In this document: positions 52,707-62,753 of the stretch, piece after piece
Position numbering within the stretch: position 1 is the stretch's first letter
How the letters are laid out: the number at the start of each line of letters is the position of its first letter
Origin: an uncultured Acidobacteriota bacterium
Lineage (GTDB): Bacteria; Acidobacteriota; Thermoanaerobaculia; Multivoradales; UBA5704
Length of the DNA stretch: 64,000 nucleotides
NCBI GenBank assembly: GCA_963770895.1
Contig: CAVYRF010000002.1
Coordinates: forward strand, 5,088,001 to 5,152,000
Direction of reading: 5' to 3'
Made by a program: the position numbers and the translations under genes
The notes under the pieces: model-generated
The model's database searches: none
What the model was told of the DNA's origin: nothing
Seen by the model: only the letters and a program-made list of their open reading frames with translations

Positions 52707-53732
52707 ATGCTGGTCATCGCTTCGGCCCTGGTGATCGTCGCGGCCCTCACGCTGTACGCGGTGACCGGCGGCGCCGACTACGGCGGCGGGGTGTGGGACC
52801 TGCTGGCGCGCGGGCCGCGCGCCGGCCGCCAGCGCCAGCTGATCGCCCATGCGATCGCGCCGATCTGGGAGGCGCAGCACGTCTGGCTGATCCTGGCGGT
52901 GGTGGCGCTGTTCACCACCTTCCCCAAGGCGTTCGCGCGGCTGACGACGGTGCTGCACGTGCCGCTGCTGCTGATGCTGCTGGGGGTCGTGGCGCGCGGC
53001 GCCGCCTTCAGCATCCGCTCCTACGGCCAGCCCGAGGCGGGCGGCGGCGAGCCGCGGGCGGGCCTGGCCGGACGCGTCTTCGCGGTGGCCAGCCTGCTGA
53101 CGCCGTTTCTGCTCGGCACGACGCTCGGCGACGTCGCCGCCGGCCGCGCCGCGGCCCCCGGCCCGCAAACCGACTACCTGGCCGGCTGGGCGGGCGTGTT
53201 CCCGTTCGCGGTAGGCCTGTTCGCGGTGGCGCTGTTCGCCTTCCTTGCGGCGGTCTACCTGTGCGCCGACGCGGCCCGCGCCGGCGGCGGCCTGGCGGAT
53301 GACTTTCGCCGGCGCGGCCTGGCGACGGGAGTGCTGCTGGCGCCGATCGCGGCGCTGGTCCTGGCGGCGGCGGGCCGCGAGGCGCCCGGCCTGCTGCACG
53401 ACCTGACGCGCACCCCTTGGTCCTGGGGGTTGCACGCCGCCACCGGCGCCGCCGCGGTGGGTGCGCTGGCCGCCCTGTGGCGGCGGCGCTACGGCGCGGC
53501 GCGGGCGTGCGCCGCGACGCAGGTCTGCCTGATTCTGTGGGGCTGGGCGCTGGCGCAGTACCCCTACCTGGTGATGCCGGACCTCACCCTGTCCAACGCC
53601 GCGGCGCCGGCGGTCACCCTGCGCCTGTTCCTGGGCGCGGTGGCGCTGGGGGGCGTCGTGCTGCTGCCCAGCTTTCTGTATATGTACCGCGTCTTCGGCA
53701 AGCTCGCCGGCGGCGCGCCCGATCGTCCGTAA
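52707..53732 (+). CDS. cydB: Cytochrome bd ubiquinol oxidase subunit II
   Basis: GGADYGGG, IAPIWEAQHVWLI, RGAAF, YMYRVF; follows cydA. Confidence 0.93.
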   Translation: MLVIASALVIVAALTLYAVTGGADYGGGVWDLLARGPRAGRQRQLIAHAIAPIWEAQHVWLILAVVALFTTFPKAFARLTTVLHVPLLLMLLGVVARGAAFSIRSYGQPEAGGGEPRAGLAGRVFAVASLLTPFLLGTTLGDVAAGRAAAPGPQTDYLAGWAGVFPFAVGLFAVALFAFLAAVYLCADAARAGGGLADDFRRRGLATGVLLAPIAALVLAAAGREAPGLLHDLTRTPWSWGLHAATGAAAVGALAALWRRRYGAARACAATQVCLILWGWALAQYPYLVMPDLTLSNAAAPAVTLRLFLGAVALGGVVLLPSFLYMYRVFGKLAGGAPDRP

Positions 53733-53736
53733 GGAG

Positions 53737-54939
53737 TCAGAATTCCCCGGTGGCGCCGCCGCCGCCGGAGCGCCCACCCTGGCCGCTGAAGCCGCCATCG
53801 CCGCCGGGCGGGGCGGCCGGCGCCGGCGCGAAGGCCAGCGCCGCGGCACCGGCTTCCAGGAGGCGCTCGCGCGCGGCGGAGCCGAACAGCGGCGCGGCGG
53901 TGAAGCCGCCCCGTTCGTCGCCGGGGCCGGTTTCCAGGTAGCGCTGCAAGCCCAGCGCGACGGCCAGCAGCAGCACCCCGCCGAGCGTCACCATCGCCCA
54001 CAGCGGCAGGACGTGGACGTAGGTGCGCACGGTGACGAGCGCCACGACCGCGGTGACGGCGCCGGCGACGAGCAGCGGCATGCGGCGGCGGCGCACGCCC
54101 AGGACCAGGAGCGCCACGGGCAGCAGCGCGGTCGCCGCGGCGGCGCACCAGAACAGCGGCGAGCCGTCCCACTCCCCGATGGCGCCGGTGAAGTTGCGGC
54201 GTTCACCCAGCTCTTCGATCCACTGGTCGCGCCAGGAGGTGACGTGGACCGCCGCGTAGAGCGCCACCAGAGATGTCACCAGCGCCACGGCGCACGAGCC
54301 GCGGTGGGCCGGCGGCAGGCGCGGCGATTCGGCGCCGCGCGCCAGCAGCGGCGCCGCCGCCAGCGGCAGCACGATCCACAGCAGGCGCCCGTACGGCAGC
54401 CAGGCGGTCGACAGGATCAGCGCCGCGGTGGCGATGCCGGCGTAGACCGGGTAGCCCCAGCGCCAGGCGGCGCCGGCGCACAGGACCGCGGCCACCACCA
54501 GGCCGTACGCCGGCAGCGACCGCATGGGAATGTCGCCGCGGTGGTCGAGCGCCCAGAGCAGCGCCGTGCCCAGGCCGACCAGGGCCAGGAGCGACGTGGC
54601 GGCTTCGATGCCTCCCTGGCGGCGGCGCCGGGAGATCTGCAAATAGTCGGTGGCGACGAACAGCGCGCCGCCGGCGAGCCCGGCCAGGGTCGGCAGCGCG
54701 GCGGATTGCTGCAACGAGGCGAGCGGCAGCGCGAACATCCCCCACGCGGCGCAGACCGCCAACGTGGTGAAGACGAACAGCAGGATGCGGAAGACCGGCC
54801 CCACTCGCACGCAGTCGTCGGCAAAGCGGCGCTCGATCTCGGCCAGCGCCGCGGCGTCGATGGCGCCCGCCTTGAGCCACGAGCGGGCGGCATCGCGCAC
54901 CTGCTGCCGGCGGTCGGCAGCGGCGACGCCGGCGTTCAT
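53737..54939 (-). CDS. Polytopic membrane protein, partner of DUF2157-like gene
   Basis: ATGA overlap; W..AGAID N-terminus; many TM helices; C-terminal FSGQGGRSGGGGATGEF. Confidence 0.8.
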   Translation of the reverse strand: MNAGVAAADRRQQVRDAARSWLKAGAIDAAALAEIERRFADDCVRVGPVFRILLFVFTTLAVCAAWGMFALPLASLQQSAALPTLAGLAGGALFVATDYLQISRRRRQGGIEAATSLLALVGLGTALLWALDHRGDIPMRSLPAYGLVVAAVLCAGAAWRWGYPVYAGIATAALILSTAWLPYGRLLWIVLPLAAAPLLARGAESPRLPPAHRGSCAVALVTSLVALYAAVHVTSWRDQWIEELGERRNFTGAIGEWDGSPLFWCAAAATALLPVALLVLGVRRRRMPLLVAGAVTAVVALVTVRTYVHVLPLWAMVTLGGVLLLAVALGLQRYLETGPGDERGGFTAAPLFGSAARERLLEAGAAALAFAPAPAAPPGGDGGFSGQGGRSGGGGATGEF

Positions 54940-55895
54940 GCCGGCACCTTCAGCTGGCGGTGCGCCAGGAGCAGCGCCACGACCACGCCGACGCTCCAGA
55001 AGCTGACGATGAAGCATCCCAGGGCCGGGGCCCAGGGGCCGGACAGCAGCAGGCGCAGGGCGCCGGCGCTGCAGCCCAGGACGCCAAAGGCGAACAGCGG
55101 GAACCGCCGGCGCCGCCAGGCGCCGGCGGCGAGCGCGATCGAGACCGCCACCAGCGCCGCGGCGTGGACGGCGCCGTGGTCGCTGAACATTCCGCTGGCC
55201 ACGCCGGTCAAGATCAGCAGCCAGCCCAGGTAGACCGCCGCCGGTTCGAAGTGCGCCTTGCGGCGGGTGAGGGCCATGGCCAGCCCGAGCAGCGCGAACA
55301 GCACGCCGCAGGCGATGGCATTGCCGCGCAGGGCGGGCACCCAGGCGTCGCCCGGTCCGCTGAGGATGTTGCCGATGGCGAGGCCGCGCCAGGCGGCAAA
55401 GGTGGAGAGCGCGAGCGAAAAGACCACCGCCGAATCGAAACGCACCGCGGTGGCGCCGGCCAGCGCCGCGACGATCAGCAGGTGCCAGGGGCGGTGGTCG
55501 CCCGGCGCCACCAGGTTGGCCTCGACCAGGCCCAGGTCGGTGGCGGCCAGCAGGACGCCGAGCAGCAGGATGTAGTCGAAGGCCAGGTTGGGCGAGGCGA
55601 CCTGGCCCCAGGCGAAGGGCGGCGCTTTGCGCGCCACCCAGACGAACACCGCGGCGGTGGCAAGGCCCAGCGCCACGATGATGGCGAGCGGGCCGATCTG
55701 CTGGAGGTGCTGCTGGACAAAAATGCCGACGCCGCCGGTGATCAGCAGGACCGCCAGGTAGAGCAGGCCGCGCAGCTCGGCGCGCACCGACAGCAGCTCG
55801 CCCCTGGCGACGCGCAGCAGCCGCGCCGCCGGTTGGGCCGGCAGCACGCCGCCGGCAACCAGGTCGGGGATCGCGCCGGCGACGTCCGGGTTCAT
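54936..55895 (-). CDS. DUF2157-like membrane protein
   Basis: LSVRAELRGLLYLAVLLITGGVG, FDYILLLG, SLALSTFAAW.G. Confidence 0.8.
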   Translation of the reverse strand: MNPDVAGAIPDLVAGGVLPAQPAARLLRVARGELLSVRAELRGLLYLAVLLITGGVGIFVQQHLQQIGPLAIIVALGLATAAVFVWVARKAPPFAWGQVASPNLAFDYILLLGVLLAATDLGLVEANLVAPGDHRPWHLLIVAALAGATAVRFDSAVVFSLALSTFAAWRGLAIGNILSGPGDAWVPALRGNAIACGVLFALLGLAMALTRRKAHFEPAAVYLGWLLILTGVASGMFSDHGAVHAAALVAVSIALAAGAWRRRRFPLFAFGVLGCSAGALRLLLSGPWAPALGCFIVSFWSVGVVVALLLAHRQLKVPA

Positions 55896-55931
55896 CGGCG
55901 CACCGCGGCGGCGAGGCCGCGCCGGCGGAGG

Positions 55932-56234
55932 CTATCCAGGCAGCTTGGCCGCGAGGACATCGATCTGCTGGATCGAAGGGGGCTCCGCCAGGAGGTCGGG
56001 GGCGTTGGCCATCAGCGCCGCGGCGACCTTGCCGGACAGGTGGGCCTGGCGCCCGGCGTCGTCAGGGAACGCGTCGAAGATGCCGAACGTGTCCGGCCCC
56101 AACTTGATCGCGAACCAGGCGATGGTCGCCGGCTCCGCGTCCACCAGCGGCAGCGCGCCGCTGAGGAAGTTTGCGACCTGGTCTTCTTTGCCCGGCTTTG
56201 CCTTCAACAGCACCCACAGCGCTACCTTGACCAT
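55932..56234 (-). CDS. ABM (antibiotic biosynthesis monooxygenase)-like protein
   Basis: LKAKPGKE, EPATIAWFA, FGIFDAFPDDAGRQAHL. Confidence 0.9.
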   Translation of the reverse strand: MVKVALWVLLKAKPGKEDQVANFLSGALPLVDAEPATIAWFAIKLGPDTFGIFDAFPDDAGRQAHLSGKVAAALMANAPDLLAEPPSIQQIDVLAAKLPG

Positions 56235-56394
56235 CGGAACACCCCTTTCGACTCTGCTCTGTGCTCAGCCTTGCCGTACCGCAGCCCCGCTCTCTGGGCT
56301 CTCCAGCATATACCGGCAGGGGCGGCGCCCCGGCGGCCGGCGGGAACGCTGGTATCCTGCGCTGCAAGCCAGCACGCAAGCGAGGTCGGTGGCC

Positions 56395-58080
56395 ATGGCG
56401 AAGAGGCGGAACAAGGAGACGGCGCCGGAGCGCGGAGCGGCACCGCGGCGGGATCGCGGCACGCCGGCGGGCGGCGGTGCCGCGGCGCCGGCGGCGACGA
56501 CGACTTTGCCGCCCCAGGATGCCGCGGCGGACCGCTGGTGGTTGGTGTGGACGGGGCTGGCGGTCTTGGCGGTCGTCGCCTTTTACTCTTCGGTGCGGGC
56601 GGCGTCGCCGGCCCCCTGGTCGTACGACGAATATTTCCATCTGGGGCTGGCGCGCGAGCTGCGGGCGCACTTCCCGCTGCGGTCGTTCCCCTGGACGCCG
56701 TTCTCGCTGGTGTCCGAGCACTTCGCCGACGGCACGCCGCTGTTCCACCTGGCGCTGCTGCCGCTGGCCGGCCTGTCGATCGAAAGCGCGGGCCTGGCGG
56801 GGGTGGTGCTGGGACAGCTGTTCGTGCTGGTCTGCATGGGGGTCGCCCTGCGCCGGCTGCGCGTCCGCCACGCCTGGGTGTACATCCTGGGGGTCGCGAC
56901 GCTGGGATCGATGTTCGGCATGCGCTTCGACATGTGCCGGCCGCACCTGCTGCTGATCGGGTTTTCGCTGCTGTTCATCGGCCTGCTGGTGACCGGTGCG
57001 CGAGCGTGGGTGCTGGCGCTGGTGACGGCGCTGTTCGGGCTCGCCCATGCCGGCGGCTGGATCGCGGTCTTCTACACCGCGGCGTGGGGCGTCGCCGGGC
57101 TGCTGGCTCGCGAACCCGGCGCCGCTGCCGTTGGCGGTGCCGCCGGCGGTGGGCGCGGTGGTGGCAGCGGCGGTGGCGGTGGCGGCGGGCGGCTGCTGTG
57201 GCGTCCGGTGCTGTGGGTGGCCGCCGGGTGGTTCGCCGGCCAGCTGCTCAATCCCAACGTCCCCTACAACCTGCGGCTGATGGCGCTGGTCAACGTGGTG
57301 GTGCCGTTCGAAGCCAGTCCGGCGGGCAACTCGGCGCTGCGTTCGCAGATCGGCGAGGAGCTGACGCCGCCGGGGCTGGCCATCCTGGCCGAGCAGTGGC
57401 CGATCTTCCTGGCGCCGCTCGCGGTGGCGCTGACGCTGTGGCTGCGGCCGCGGCTGCGCACCCGCGCCACGCTGGCGACGGCGCTGATCGCCCTGGCGTT
57501 TCTGGTCCTGGGGTCGCTGCTGCTGCGCCGCATGCTGGAGCTGGGCGCGCCGCTGGCCCTGCTGGCGCTGGCGGCGCTGGCCGCCGAGCGGCGGCGCCAG
57601 GGACTGCCCGGCGTGCTGGGCGAGTGGACGGCGTGGGCGGCGGCCGGGGCGCTGCTGGTCGGAGCGCTGTGGACCTCGGCGACCCTGCGCTCGTACGGTT
57701 TCGGCAAGGTGTCGGCGCCGCAGGAGATGGCGCGCTGGCTGGGAGAGCACGGACGGCAGGGCGAGCGGGTGTTCACCGCGCAGTGGGGCGACGCGGCGCC
57801 GCTGTTCTACTCGGCGCCGCAGCTGCAGTCGCTGGTGGCGCTCGATCCGACGCTTTTCTTCGCCAAGGATCCGCGGCTGTTCGACGAATACGTCGACGTG
57901 GTGCAGGGGCGCCGTCCCGACGCCGCGCGCGTCGTCCGCGAGCGCTTCGGCGCCCGCTGGGTGACGCTGTGGCGGGTGCCGGTCTACGAGCGCTTCGCCC
58001 AACAGCTGGTCGCTTCCCCCGGCGTGCGCGTGGTGTATAACGACGCCAACTACCTGATCGCCGACCTGAAGGCCCCCTGA
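56395..58080 (+). CDS. Polytopic membrane protein, GT-C glycosyltransferase-like
   Basis: Acidic DEYFH motif after TM1, RPH motif, ~11 TM, periplasmic C-terminal domain. Confidence 0.65.
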   Translation: MAKRRNKETAPERGAAPRRDRGTPAGGGAAAPAATTTLPPQDAAADRWWLVWTGLAVLAVVAFYSSVRAASPAPWSYDEYFHLGLARELRAHFPLRSFPWTPFSLVSEHFADGTPLFHLALLPLAGLSIESAGLAGVVLGQLFVLVCMGVALRRLRVRHAWVYILGVATLGSMFGMRFDMCRPHLLLIGFSLLFIGLLVTGARAWVLALVTALFGLAHAGGWIAVFYTAAWGVAGLLAREPGAAAVGGAAGGGRGGGSGGGGGGGRLLWRPVLWVAAGWFAGQLLNPNVPYNLRLMALVNVVVPFEASPAGNSALRSQIGEELTPPGLAILAEQWPIFLAPLAVALTLWLRPRLRTRATLATALIALAFLVLGSLLLRRMLELGAPLALLALAALAAERRRQGLPGVLGEWTAWAAAGALLVGALWTSATLRSYGFGKVSAPQEMARWLGEHGRQGERVFTAQWGDAAPLFYSAPQLQSLVALDPTLFFAKDPRLFDEYVDVVQGRRPDAARVVRERFGARWVTLWRVPVYERFAQQLVASPGVRVVYNDANYLIADLKAP

Positions 58081-58138
58081 GGGGGCGCCGCCAGCGGCGG
58101 CTTGCGGGCCCGAGCGGCCCGCAAAGGAGAGTCCCCAC

Positions 58139-60367
58139 ATGAGTGCGACGCGTGCAAGGCGGTTGCGGATCGGTCTGGCCGTGGCTCTGGCGAGCGGCGC
58201 CGGGGTCTTGTCGCTGGCGGCGGCGGCGCCGCGGGCGGCGTGCGCGGCGGGTTTCACCCTGGAGCAGGTGACCGGCGCTCCCTTTTCGTCCGAGCTGGTG
58301 ACCGCCCGGCAGGGGGAGCGCCTGGCATGGGTGGTGGACCTGCGCGGTGAGCGCAACGTCTGGGTGGCGGACGGGCCGGCCTTCGCGCCGCGCCAGGTGA
58401 CCCACTATCACGGCGACGAGGGGCAGCCGATCGCCAGCCTGCGTCTCACCCCGGACGGTTGGACGGTGGTGTACGCCCGCGGCACCGAGGTTTCCGAAGG
58501 CGGCGACTCGGCCAACCCGGCCAGCCGCGCCGACGCTCCCAAGCAGCAGGTGTGGGCGGTCGACGTGGACGCCGGCGCCGCGGGCAAGGCGGAGCCGCGG
58601 CTGTTGGGCGACATGGGGTGCGCCGTCGAGGAGTGCGAGGACATCCAGATCTCGCCCGACGGCCGCTTGGGCGTCTGGGCGGCGCGCCACCGCCTGTGGC
58701 TGGCGCCGGTCGCGGGCGGCGCCGTGCCGCGGCCGCTGCTCGGCCTGGCCGGCGACAGCGACCAGCCGCGCTGGTCGCCGGACGGCAAGCGCGTCGCCTT
58801 CCGGCTCACCCGCCGCGACCACAGCTACGTGGTGGTCTACGACCTGGCCAGCGAGGAGGTGCGCTACGTCGCGCCCAGCGTCGACCGCGACCAGCTGCCG
58901 CGCTGGTCTCCCGACGGCCGGCGGCTGGCGTTTCTGCGCCTGCCGGCGGTGCCCACCCGCGTGCCGCTGATCCCCGAGCGGCCGCAGCCGTGGAGCGTCT
59001 GGGTGGGCGACCCCGCGACCGGCACCGCGCGCCAGGTGTGGCAGAGCGGCGCCGGCCGCGAGGGGTCGCTGCCGATCTTCGCCGAAGCGTCGTTTCACTA
59101 CGGCGCGGGCGACCGCATCGTCTTCGCTTCCGAGGACAACGAGGGCGGCCGCAGCCACCTGTATTCGATCGCCGCGAGCGGCGGCGCGCCGCTGCTGCTG
59201 ACGCCGGGCGACTACGACGTGGAAGCGGCGGCGCTGTCGGCGGACGGCGCCAGCGTCCTGTACGCGGCCAACGAGCACCAGGGCGATCCGGCCGACGAGG
59301 ACCGGCGCCACCTGTACCGCGTCGGCATCGCGGGCGGGGTGGCGGCAGGGACGGCAGGCGCCGGCGCCGCCGCGCCGCAGCCGCTCAGCTCCGGCCGCGG
59401 CATCGAATGGTCGCCGCGCGAAACCGGCGACGGCAAGGTCGTGGTCTGCCTGGGCGCGGGCGTCGCCGAGCCCGCCCTGCCGTATCGCCTGGGCCCCGGC
59501 GGCCGCCAGCCGCTGGCCGCCGCCCTGATCCCGCGCGACTTTCCCGCCGCCGACCTGGTCGAGCCGCGCCAGGTGATCTGGAAGAGCGGCGACGGCACGG
59601 TGCTGCACGGCCAGCTCTTCGTGCCGAAGGGCGCGCCGGCGGGCGGCCACTCCATGCCGGCGATGATCTACACCCACGGCGGGCCGCCGCGGCAGATGCT
59701 GCTGGGTTTCCACTACATGTTCTATTACAACAACGCCTACGCGATGAACCAGTACCTGGCGAGCCGCGGCTACGTGGTGCTGTCGGTCAACTATCGCCTG
59801 GGCATCATGTACGGCCGCGACTTCCGCACCCCGCCGCACGCCGGCTGGCGCGGCGCCGCCGAATACGGCGACGTCCTGGCCGGCGCCCGCTACCTGCAGG
59901 CGCTGCCGCAGGTCGATGCCAAGCGCATCGGCTTGTGGGGCGGCTCCTACGGCGGCTACCTGACCGCGCTGGGCCTGGGCCGCAACTCCGACATCTTTGC
60001 CGCCGGCGTCGACTTTCACGGCGTCCACGACTGGTCGGTGTTCCTGCCGCGCTGGGAAGAAACCTCCGCCGAATCCGCGCCGGACGCGCGCGAGGCGATC
60101 CGCCTGGCCCAGGACTCTTCGCCCGTCACGGCGGTCGACACCTGGCGCTCGCCGGTCCTGCTGATCCATGGCGACGACGACCGCAACGTCCCCTTCGCCC
60201 AGACCCGCGACCTGGTCGCCCGCCTGCGCGCCCGCCAGGTCCCCCTCGAAGAGCTGATCCTCCCCGACGAGATCCACGACCTGCTGCGCTGGCAGGATTG
60301 GGTGCGCGCCTACCAGGCCGCCGCCGACTTCCTGGACCGCTATCTGAAGCCCGCCGCCGGGAAGTAG
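58139..60367 (+). CDS. S9 family (prolyl oligopeptidase/DPP-like) secreted peptidase
   Basis: WSPDG propeller repeats, HGGP, GGSYGG, HGDDDRNV, DEIH; AAAGGAG RBS. Confidence 0.93.
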   Translation: MSATRARRLRIGLAVALASGAGVLSLAAAAPRAACAAGFTLEQVTGAPFSSELVTARQGERLAWVVDLRGERNVWVADGPAFAPRQVTHYHGDEGQPIASLRLTPDGWTVVYARGTEVSEGGDSANPASRADAPKQQVWAVDVDAGAAGKAEPRLLGDMGCAVEECEDIQISPDGRLGVWAARHRLWLAPVAGGAVPRPLLGLAGDSDQPRWSPDGKRVAFRLTRRDHSYVVVYDLASEEVRYVAPSVDRDQLPRWSPDGRRLAFLRLPAVPTRVPLIPERPQPWSVWVGDPATGTARQVWQSGAGREGSLPIFAEASFHYGAGDRIVFASEDNEGGRSHLYSIAASGGAPLLLTPGDYDVEAAALSADGASVLYAANEHQGDPADEDRRHLYRVGIAGGVAAGTAGAGAAAPQPLSSGRGIEWSPRETGDGKVVVCLGAGVAEPALPYRLGPGGRQPLAAALIPRDFPAADLVEPRQVIWKSGDGTVLHGQLFVPKGAPAGGHSMPAMIYTHGGPPRQMLLGFHYMFYYNNAYAMNQYLASRGYVVLSVNYRLGIMYGRDFRTPPHAGWRGAAEYGDVLAGARYLQALPQVDAKRIGLWGGSYGGYLTALGLGRNSDIFAAGVDFHGVHDWSVFLPRWEETSAESAPDAREAIRLAQDSSPVTAVDTWRSPVLLIHGDDDRNVPFAQTRDLVARLRARQVPLEELILPDEIHDLLRWQDWVRAYQAAADFLDRYLKPAAGK

Positions 60368-60452
60368 ACGGCGGGCAAAGGTGCCGCGTATATGGGGCAG
60401 CAGGTTTGCTGCTCGCGGGTGCGGTGCGAAACAGAAGCGAAAGGAAGCATGG

Positions 60453-62705
60453 ATGTCGATGAACGTGCGTCGGGTTCTTTGCACAGCGTTGATCGTGGCG
60501 GTCTTGGCAGGCGTGGCGGCGGTGCCGGCCGCCTTTGGCCGGAGCGCCGCGGCGCCGGTACTGGCGCCGGGCGGGCGCGTGGTCGACGAGGCGGACCGGC
60601 TGGTTCTTGCCGGCAACGTGCCGTTGCGGGCGCAGGCGGCGCTGCAAGTCGGCCGCACCAATGCGCAGCTGCCGATGGCGCACATGGTGCTGTACCTGCG
60701 GCCGCGGGCGGGCGCCCAGGCGGCGATCGCGGCGCTGCTCGGGGCGCAGCAGGATCCCAGGTCGCCGCAGTACCACCAGTGGCTGACTCCCGATCAGTTC
60801 GGCGCGCGCTTCGGCCTGGCGGACGCCGACGTGCAGACGGTCGCCGGCTGGCTGGGCAGCCACGGGCTGACGGTCGACCAGGTGGCGCGGGGGCGCGGCT
60901 GGCTGAACTTCAGCGGCACCGTGTCGCAGGTGGAGGAGGCGTTCGCGACCGAGATCCACGACTACCAGGTGGGCGGCGCCGTGCGGCATGCCAATTCGCT
61001 GGACCCGTCGATTCCCCGCGGCCTGTCCGACCTGGTGGGCGGCGTCGTGTCGCTCAACAGCTTTCCGCAGCCGTCGCATCGCGCGGCGGTCAAGCTGCTG
61101 GGCAAAACCGTGCCGCGGTTCGACGCCGGGGACGACAGCCACTACCTGGCGCCGGCCGACTTTGCCACCATCTACGACGTTGACGCGCCTTACGCCAAGG
61201 GCCTGACCGGCGCCGGGCAGACGATCGCCATCGTCGCGCGCAGCGACATCAACCTGTCGGACGTGCAGCTGTTCCGCAGCTCCTTCGGCCTGCCGGCCAA
61301 CGATCCGGTGTTCGTCCATAACGGCCCGGCGCCGGGCATCCTGTCGGGCGACGAAAGCGAGTCGGACCTGGATACGGAATGGGCGGGGGCGGTGGCGCCC
61401 AAGGCGACGGTCAAGCTGGTGATCTCGGCGTCGACGGAGGCCAGCGACGGCGTTCTGCTGTCCACCCAGTACATCGTCGATCAGAACCTGGCGCCGGTCT
61501 TCAGCACCAGCTACGGCCTGTGCGAGGCCGACACCGGCACCAGCGGCATCGCGTTTTACGACACCTTGCTGGCGCAGGCGGCGACGCAGGGGATCACGGC
61601 GTTTGCGGCGGCGGGCGATTCGGGCGCCTCCGATTGCAGCGATCCCGACAGCGGCAGGGGGAGCGGGCGTGCGGTCGACATGCCGTGCTCGTCGCCCAAC
61701 AACACCTGCGTCGGCGGCTCGGAGTTCCAGGACAGCGCCAACCCGGGTGCCTACTGGGCTGCCAGCAACAATTCGACCACCGGCGCTTCGGCGCTGGGCT
61801 ACATCCCCGAGGCGGTGTGGAACGAAAGTGGCGCGGTGAGCGGCGGCAGCGGTCTGTGGGCGAGCGGCGGCGGCGTCAGCTCGGCCTTCACCAAGCCGTC
61901 GTGGCAGGCGGCACCGGGGGTGCCGGCCGACGGCATGCGCGACGTGCCCGACGTGGCGCTCAACGCGGCGGGACACGACGGCTACCTGGCCTACCAGGAC
62001 GGCAACCTGGTGGCGTTCAGCGGCACGTCCTGCACGGCGCCGACCTTTGCCGGCCTGATGGCGCTGGTGCTGCAGCAGAGCGGCGCGCGCCAGGGCAACA
62101 TCAACCCGACCCTCTACCAGCTGGCGACGACGCAGTACGGCGGCGGCGCGAACGTGGTGTTCCACGACGTCAAGACCGGCAACAACAGCGTCCCCGGCGT
62201 CACCGGCTACACCGCCGGCGCCGCCTACGACACGGTCACCGGCCTGGGGTCGGTCGACGCGGCGCAGCTGCTGGCGCAGTGGCCGGGCTCGGGCTCCGGG
62301 AGCGGCGGCGGTACTGGCGGCACGGGCGGCACGGGCGGCACGACGACGCCGGCGCCCTGCGTTCCGAGCTCCACCACGCTATGCCTGAGCAACAAGCGCT
62401 TTGCGGTCACCGCCAGCTACAACGCCGGCAGCAGCGGCTCCGGCACGGCGCAGGCGGTGGCGCTGACCGACGACACCGGCTACCTGTGGTTTTTCGATGC
62501 GTCCAACGTCGAAACCGTGGTGAAGGTGCTGGACGGCTGCGCGATCGGCGGTCACTACTGGTTCTTCGCCGGCGGTCTGACCAACGTCAACGTGGTGATC
62601 ATGGTGACGGACAGCCAGACGGGAGCGACGCAGACCTACACCAATCCCCCCAACACGCCGTTCCAGGCGATCCAGGACACGGCGGCGTTCTCGACCTGTC
62701 CCTGA
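60453..62705 (+). CDS. S53 (sedolisin/kumamolisin) peptidase with pro-domain and C-terminal Cys-bounded domain
   Basis: Pro-domain YHQWLTPDQFGARFG, ESDLD, AAGDSG, RDVPDVAL, GTS, YDTVTGLGS; Gly/Thr linker. Confidence 0.94.
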   Translation: MSMNVRRVLCTALIVAVLAGVAAVPAAFGRSAAAPVLAPGGRVVDEADRLVLAGNVPLRAQAALQVGRTNAQLPMAHMVLYLRPRAGAQAAIAALLGAQQDPRSPQYHQWLTPDQFGARFGLADADVQTVAGWLGSHGLTVDQVARGRGWLNFSGTVSQVEEAFATEIHDYQVGGAVRHANSLDPSIPRGLSDLVGGVVSLNSFPQPSHRAAVKLLGKTVPRFDAGDDSHYLAPADFATIYDVDAPYAKGLTGAGQTIAIVARSDINLSDVQLFRSSFGLPANDPVFVHNGPAPGILSGDESESDLDTEWAGAVAPKATVKLVISASTEASDGVLLSTQYIVDQNLAPVFSTSYGLCEADTGTSGIAFYDTLLAQAATQGITAFAAAGDSGASDCSDPDSGRGSGRAVDMPCSSPNNTCVGGSEFQDSANPGAYWAASNNSTTGASALGYIPEAVWNESGAVSGGSGLWASGGGVSSAFTKPSWQAAPGVPADGMRDVPDVALNAAGHDGYLAYQDGNLVAFSGTSCTAPTFAGLMALVLQQSGARQGNINPTLYQLATTQYGGGANVVFHDVKTGNNSVPGVTGYTAGAAYDTVTGLGSVDAAQLLAQWPGSGSGSGGGTGGTGGTGGTTTPAPCVPSSTTLCLSNKRFAVTASYNAGSSGSGTAQAVALTDDTGYLWFFDASNVETVVKVLDGCAIGGHYWFFAGGLTNVNVVIMVTDSQTGATQTYTNPPNTPFQAIQDTAAFSTCP

Positions 62706-62716
62706 CCCGCCGGCAG

Positions 62717-62753
62717 CCGCCTGAGCCGGGTGCTTCCGGCCGGGCTCAGGCGG
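62717..62753. terminator. Hairpin between convergent genes
   Basis: 11-bp stem CCGCCTGAGCC/GGCTCAGGCGG; no strong U-tract. Confidence 0.5.

Noticed and set aside
58102-58124. 9-bp hairpin just before the S9 peptidase RBS
   Set aside because: Short GC stem with no U-tract that does not sequester the RBS; plausible by chance
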